A stretch of 54,067 nucleotides of DNA, filler included, from Sphacelaria rigidula (taxonomy: Eukaryota): the NCBI GenBank assembly GCA_964200075.2. It is 3 parts of 3 records of this genome, joined end to end, with 100 filler letters (N's around TTAATTAATTAA, not from the genome) between each part and the next. Parts side by side here need not be neighbours in the genome. Positions count along the whole stretch, not along the records: positions 36,114 to 54,067 come from CAXNAA020000954.1; 2 more parts are not named here. The stretch is one strand, 5' to 3'. Both the position numbers and the translations under genes were made by a program. Positions within the stretch are counted from its first letter, which is position 1. Each line of letters starts with the position of its first letter. Of this stretch, positions 50,173 to 54,067 are shown in pieces. The notes under the pieces are model-generated. The model saw only the letters and a list, made by a program, of their open reading frames with translations. It had not been told where the DNA came from and made no database searches.

Positions 50173-50527
50173 GATTGATAATTCTGATGGATTTCAAAAT
50201 GCTGAAGATGTGTGTTGTGGTGGTAGATGGAAGTGTGGGAAGGAGGTAGGTCACAAGAGCAGCACAACATTGCGATCGGTCTGTCTGCCTCAAATTCAAA
50301 TTTACAAACGTTCAAAGGCACCCCTCTCTCAACGGCTGTAACATCGCTGATTGGCCCACACAAACATGAGGTGCGAACGGGAACATTGAACGAACATGCC
50401 TCCTCCACTCCCAATTTTGAATTTTGAACTCGACCTGGAGCACAGTGCGAACCTCGACAACTCCACACCCCACTACAACCACATCCCACCGTACCCAAGT
50501 TCAGATCACACACATCAAAGAGTAAAG
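50173..50527. promoter_or_regulatory. Bidirectional H2A/H2B promoter (355 bp between ATGs)
   Basis: Divergent ATGs; CCAAT boxes (ATTGG 50350-50354, CCAAT 50411-50415); TTTGAA motifs oriented towards each gene (minus 50295-50300 and 50311-50316; plus 50416-50421 and 50423-50428). Confidence 0.7.
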
Positions 50528-50878
50528 ATGGCCAAAACACCCTCGAAGAAGTCTGCTAAGGCCCCCAAGAAGGCCGGAGACAAGAAGAAGAAGGCCAAGA
50601 AGGTGGAGTCGTACTCGTCGTACATCTACAAGGTGCTTAAGCAGGTGCACCCCGACACGGGTATCTCCAAGCGCGGCATGTCCATCATGAACTCGTTCAT
50701 CAATGACGTGTTCGAGCGCGTGGCGGGCGAGTCCGGCAAGCTGACCCGCTACAACAAGAAGTCGACCCTGTCCTCTCGCGAGGTGCAGACAGCCGTGCGC
50801 CTGATGCTCCCCGGAGAGTTGGCGAAGCACGCCGTGTCCGAGGGCACGAAAGCCGTGACCAAGTTCACTTCATCCTAG
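50528..50878 (+). CDS. H2B: Histone H2B, intronless (116 aa)
   Basis: [78 protein letters not shown]; the homologous start is ATG 50528, not 50396. Confidence 0.99.
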   Translation: MAKTPSKKSAKAPKKAGDKKKKAKKVESYSSYIYKVLKQVHPDTGISKRGMSIMNSFINDVFERVAGESGKLTRYNKKSTLSSREVQTAVRLMLPGELAKHAVSEGTKAVTKFTSS

Positions 50879-50933
50879 ATCATCTGTAGGGGGTCTTGGT
50901 CTGAAACAGTTCCCCGCAGTTCTCCTTGCACAA

Positions 50934-50958
50934 CCCTGGTGTTTACTCAACACCACCC
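50934..50958 (+). terminator. Histone 3' stem-loop element of H2B
   Basis: CCCTGGTGTTTACTCAACACCACCC ~55 nt after the stop; stem GGTGTT/AACACC, loop TACTC. Confidence 0.82.
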
Positions 50959-52020
50959 ACCAGCAAAGTGAAAATGCGCCTCGATACGTATACACACAAG
51001 ACCCGGTCTGCCCGAAGCATGCGAAGATGGACTTGCGGCTGCCATAACCGAAAACACGAGGTCCATAAATGAGGTGATGTTCAGATACAGCTGATAGCCG
51101 GTGAGAGGGCCTACGGGGTTTCACCGAAGATCATAGTCGGCTTGTCGAAAGAGGGGGGGCGTTGAATGTATTTGAACAAAACGTACGGTGACTGCTGTAC
51201 CGCAGGGTGACCTAGTCTCGTGGCAGTAACGGTTAATGTTTCATTGTCCTATGATCGATTGTTGCCAACGACACAAGAGCCTAGTGAGAAGATGGGCACC
51301 GTTGGAAGAACCGGTTGGAACCCAGATACTTGACGGACCTGTACCGGTTCCAGTTCTGATTTCATAAACTAGAGTTTTTTTCTCGGTTAAATCAATTTCG
51401 GCCAAGTTTGACAACAAGAGCATGCCATACGGCACGTCACACGCTACAGCGTGTGGTCGTTGTCTTCACATTAGAATCGTTCCGACATCTTTGCGGTGCA
51501 TTCGTATGGGGCATCTGATGCAGATGACAACTTTCGTGGTCAAAGGCTAGCCACCGATAATAATGTATGGGGAAATCAAACAAAACAAGAAAAAACAAGA
51601 TGGCCCTAGATTCAAACTCACAAAACGCGATGCAAGCACCAGAGCGAGGGGTCCATATCGGGAAATACATGAGCCACCCCCTAATCCCCCCCCTCCCCCA
51701 CCCGCGGTCGAGATTGAGGAAAATGCCAAATCCATTTGGGAACATCATTCTTCCTATTTCTACTAGTATACCGAATTGAATGATCATTTGAATATCTCCA
51801 GGTTCGCCTCAACGTGACCAGCCCAAAACCGAGGAGTTTTGGTGTGTCAGTTGTTCTTGTGGCCATCGGGGAGCAATTTTGCCGGCTAGAAAATCACTTT
51901 TGGGTCGCGGTGACTGGATAATGAATGCCGAGCCCCGCTGGCTTTCGCAAGACCGGTCGTTATTACCGACCGCCATGTTGAGGAGGGCGGTGTACGACGT
52001 ACAGTTCTGTACTGCCACCG

Positions 52021-52360
52021 TGTTGTATTGTGTGTATTGTCATTTCATCAATTCTGGGCGCCGGTCAACATCTTTCGGTATATGTGGGCACACCAGCCGG
52101 GGTCACACAGGGGCTCTTTCTTTCGATTTCTTATTTATATCCCACCTTCCTTCTGCGGTGCATGCCTTCATTTTTTATTGGGAGAGGTGTTTAGCAGTCC
52201 CTTTCCCTCCTCGACCTTTAGGTCGAATTTTGTGTACCCACGTCGCTCTCCACTGTTGGGCATTGTGTGAGAAAAAGTCCCAGATCGCTCCGAGAATTGA
52301 ACCCACGACCGAACTGTAAGAAGGCTTCGATGTTACCAACTGAGCCACCGGGGCGACCGG
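52021..52360 (-). mobile_element. Full-length tRNA-derived SINE (family A)
   Basis: Minus-strand head GCCCCGGTGGCTCAGTTGG (A-box) ... GGTTCAATTC (B-box); body shared with 44328-44588 and 1-93; CA-rich tail. Confidence 0.85.
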
Positions 52361-52470
52361 CTCTACTGAATGACTGAATCGTACATCCAGTACTCGTAAG
52401 TTGACTGTGGTGTTACCAGCCGATACGAAAATGTTCTGATATTATAGACGTGCACAATGTGTGAGTTGCA

Positions 52471-52964
52471 GAGAATCACGTACTTGGCCCGCATTTGGGC
52501 AGAAAGCCGTGCTCGTACACCGCCTATATCTACATATCGCAATTGATACTGTACTGCGATACAAAAGAGGGAGAGGTTGCGAACGGGAATGTTATGGCCG
52601 TGGCGTTGCGACAAAGAATATCCAACATCGAGGTAGCGGCAGTCATGAAATGTAATAAACGTGATATTAATATATTGTTATGCCCGCAACGGCAGATCCA
52701 TGCAAACTCCTGGGTGCCAGGCGTGCGTGCCCACTTCACGTTCACCCCTTGCAAGAGAATCGCGTACTTGGCCCGCATTTGGGCAGAAAGCCGTGCTCGT
52801 ACACCGCCTATATCTACATATCGCAATTGATACTGCACTGCGACACAAAAGAGGGAGAGGTTGCGAACGGGAACGTTATGGCCGTGGCGTTACGAAAAAG
52901 AATATCCAACATCGAGGTAGCGGCAGTCATGAAATGTAATAAACATGATATTAATATATTGTTA
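52471..52964 (+). repeat. Near-identical ~210-bp direct repeat with 284-bp period
   Basis: 52471-52680 matches 52755-52964 (GAGAATC.CGTACTTGGCCCGC...TTAATATATTGTTA). Confidence 0.9.
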
Positions 52965-52992
52965 CAAGGGCTTCGGACGCGGGGGCCTACGG

Positions 52993-53208
52993 CCCCCTCG
53001 TCCTTCGGTGTACTGTGGTGTCATGACGTTTAGACTTGTGAGAAATGTTACCAAGAGTGACGGTGATGTTGGAAAGAAGGAGGACAGACTTGGCAGGAGG
53101 CCCCCGCGTCCTTTGGTGTACTGTAGTCTCATGACGTTGAGACTGGTGAGAAATGTTACGAAGAGTGACGGTGATGTTGGAAAAAAGGAGGACAGATTTG
53201 GTGGGAGA
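52993..53208 (+). repeat. 108-bp tandem duplication
   Basis: CCCCC.CGTCCTT.GGTGTACTGT...GGAGGACAGA.TTGG at 52993 and 53101. Confidence 0.9.
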
Positions 53209-53589
53209 AGTTTGTGGCGTGTAGATGAACACCTGTCGTGTAAACGGGTGCAACGTTGTTGCAGTTGCTTGAAAGCTGCACGAAATAGCGCACGAAAGAG
53301 CGACGATCGAAAGTCGTTCAATTAACATATTGAAATCCAAAGTCTTCAATTCATGTAGACTTACGTCTCGAGTTGAATTGAGAACCACATCGGAGCCGGA
53401 AATGTGAAGGACTGTGGATGAAGGAGAGCACAGTTGATGTCAACATGACAACAATTTACGGATGACGATTTAACTACAACGTTAGAAGCTAAAACGCCGT
53501 TTAGGACGACGAAAAGAACGTTCAGAAGCTATCGTAATATTTAGCTACTGCTGCAGGTCAGCTGCCGACGTTTGACAGTAGCTAAATAT

Positions 53590-54067
53590 CAGGGATGTGT
53601 ACGGAGGACAATCCGCTCCGCGGTGCGGATTTCTTTTTTTCGAAACCTCACGGAGCGGAGCGGGGCGGAGCGGGGCGGATATCCGTATGTGTGGAAAATC
53701 ACGGATTACGACGGTGCGGATATCCGCCACTGAAAATGTCACGGATTATTGCGGAGCGGATATCCGCCGACGAAAATGTCACGGTGCGGTGCAGATTTTT
53801 TTTATATGGTACGGAACGGAGCGGAGCGGATATCCGTCAGTGGGAGAAGTCACCAATTTTCACGGGGTGGATATCCGCCAATGAAAATGTCACGGATTAT
53901 TGCGGGGCGGATATCCGTGGCATGGATTTTTTCACGGAGCGGATTGCCCCCCTCCGTGGAACAATCCGCACAAACCGCGGCAATTCCCCGCGGTGCACCG
54001 TCGCAGTAGTCCGTGAAACCGATACGGGTATCCGCGAAAAATGTATGGATATCCGCGGATTTACACC
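53590..54067. mobile_element. Probable hAT-like MITE with GCGGATATCCG sub-repeats; right end outside the window
   Basis: Starts CAGGGATG (Ac-like terminus); several GGATATCCG palindromes alternate with GAAAATGTCACGG. Confidence 0.55.

Noticed and set aside
50396-50527. N-terminally extended 160-aa H2B
   Set aside because: The extension overlaps promoter motifs and has no histone character; ATG 50528 gives a normal H2B
52286-52354. Functional tRNA gene (also 12314-12380)
   Set aside because: A and B boxes are present but there is no complete cloverleaf; both continue into SINE-like bodies and tails

Overview
Eukaryotic, repeat-rich genomic window. The histone sequences (H2[10 protein letters not shown]..., H2B MAKTPSKK...) and the transposon content suggest a stramenopile, probably a brown alga; this is inference. 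Host genes: (1) a large minus-strand intron-containing gene (start ~7629, main exon 6537-976, 3' end unresolved) encoding a low-complexity protein with Tudor-like, BAH-like, zf-4CXXC_R1-like and split PHD motifs; (2) an intronless divergent H2A/H2B pair (49795-50878), each gene followed by an identical 25-nt 3' stem-loop element with a 5-nt loop. Most of the rest is decayed or non-autonomous transposon sequence: five TA-flanked elements with related C(G/A)AGCTGGGCC-type termini, a hAT deletion derivative with perfect TIRs and an 8-bp TSD, a second hAT remnant, an XPG/Cys-rich (AcademX-like) transposase remnant apparently interrupted by two MITE copies and an RTE LINE, a decayed Ty3/Gypsy element whose integrase ends in chromo plus Tudor-like modules, tRNA-derived SINEs, a long-TIR MITE and several tandem repeats. 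There are three assembly gaps, so contiguity across them is not guaranteed. All domain calls are by-eye motif recognition, not database results.
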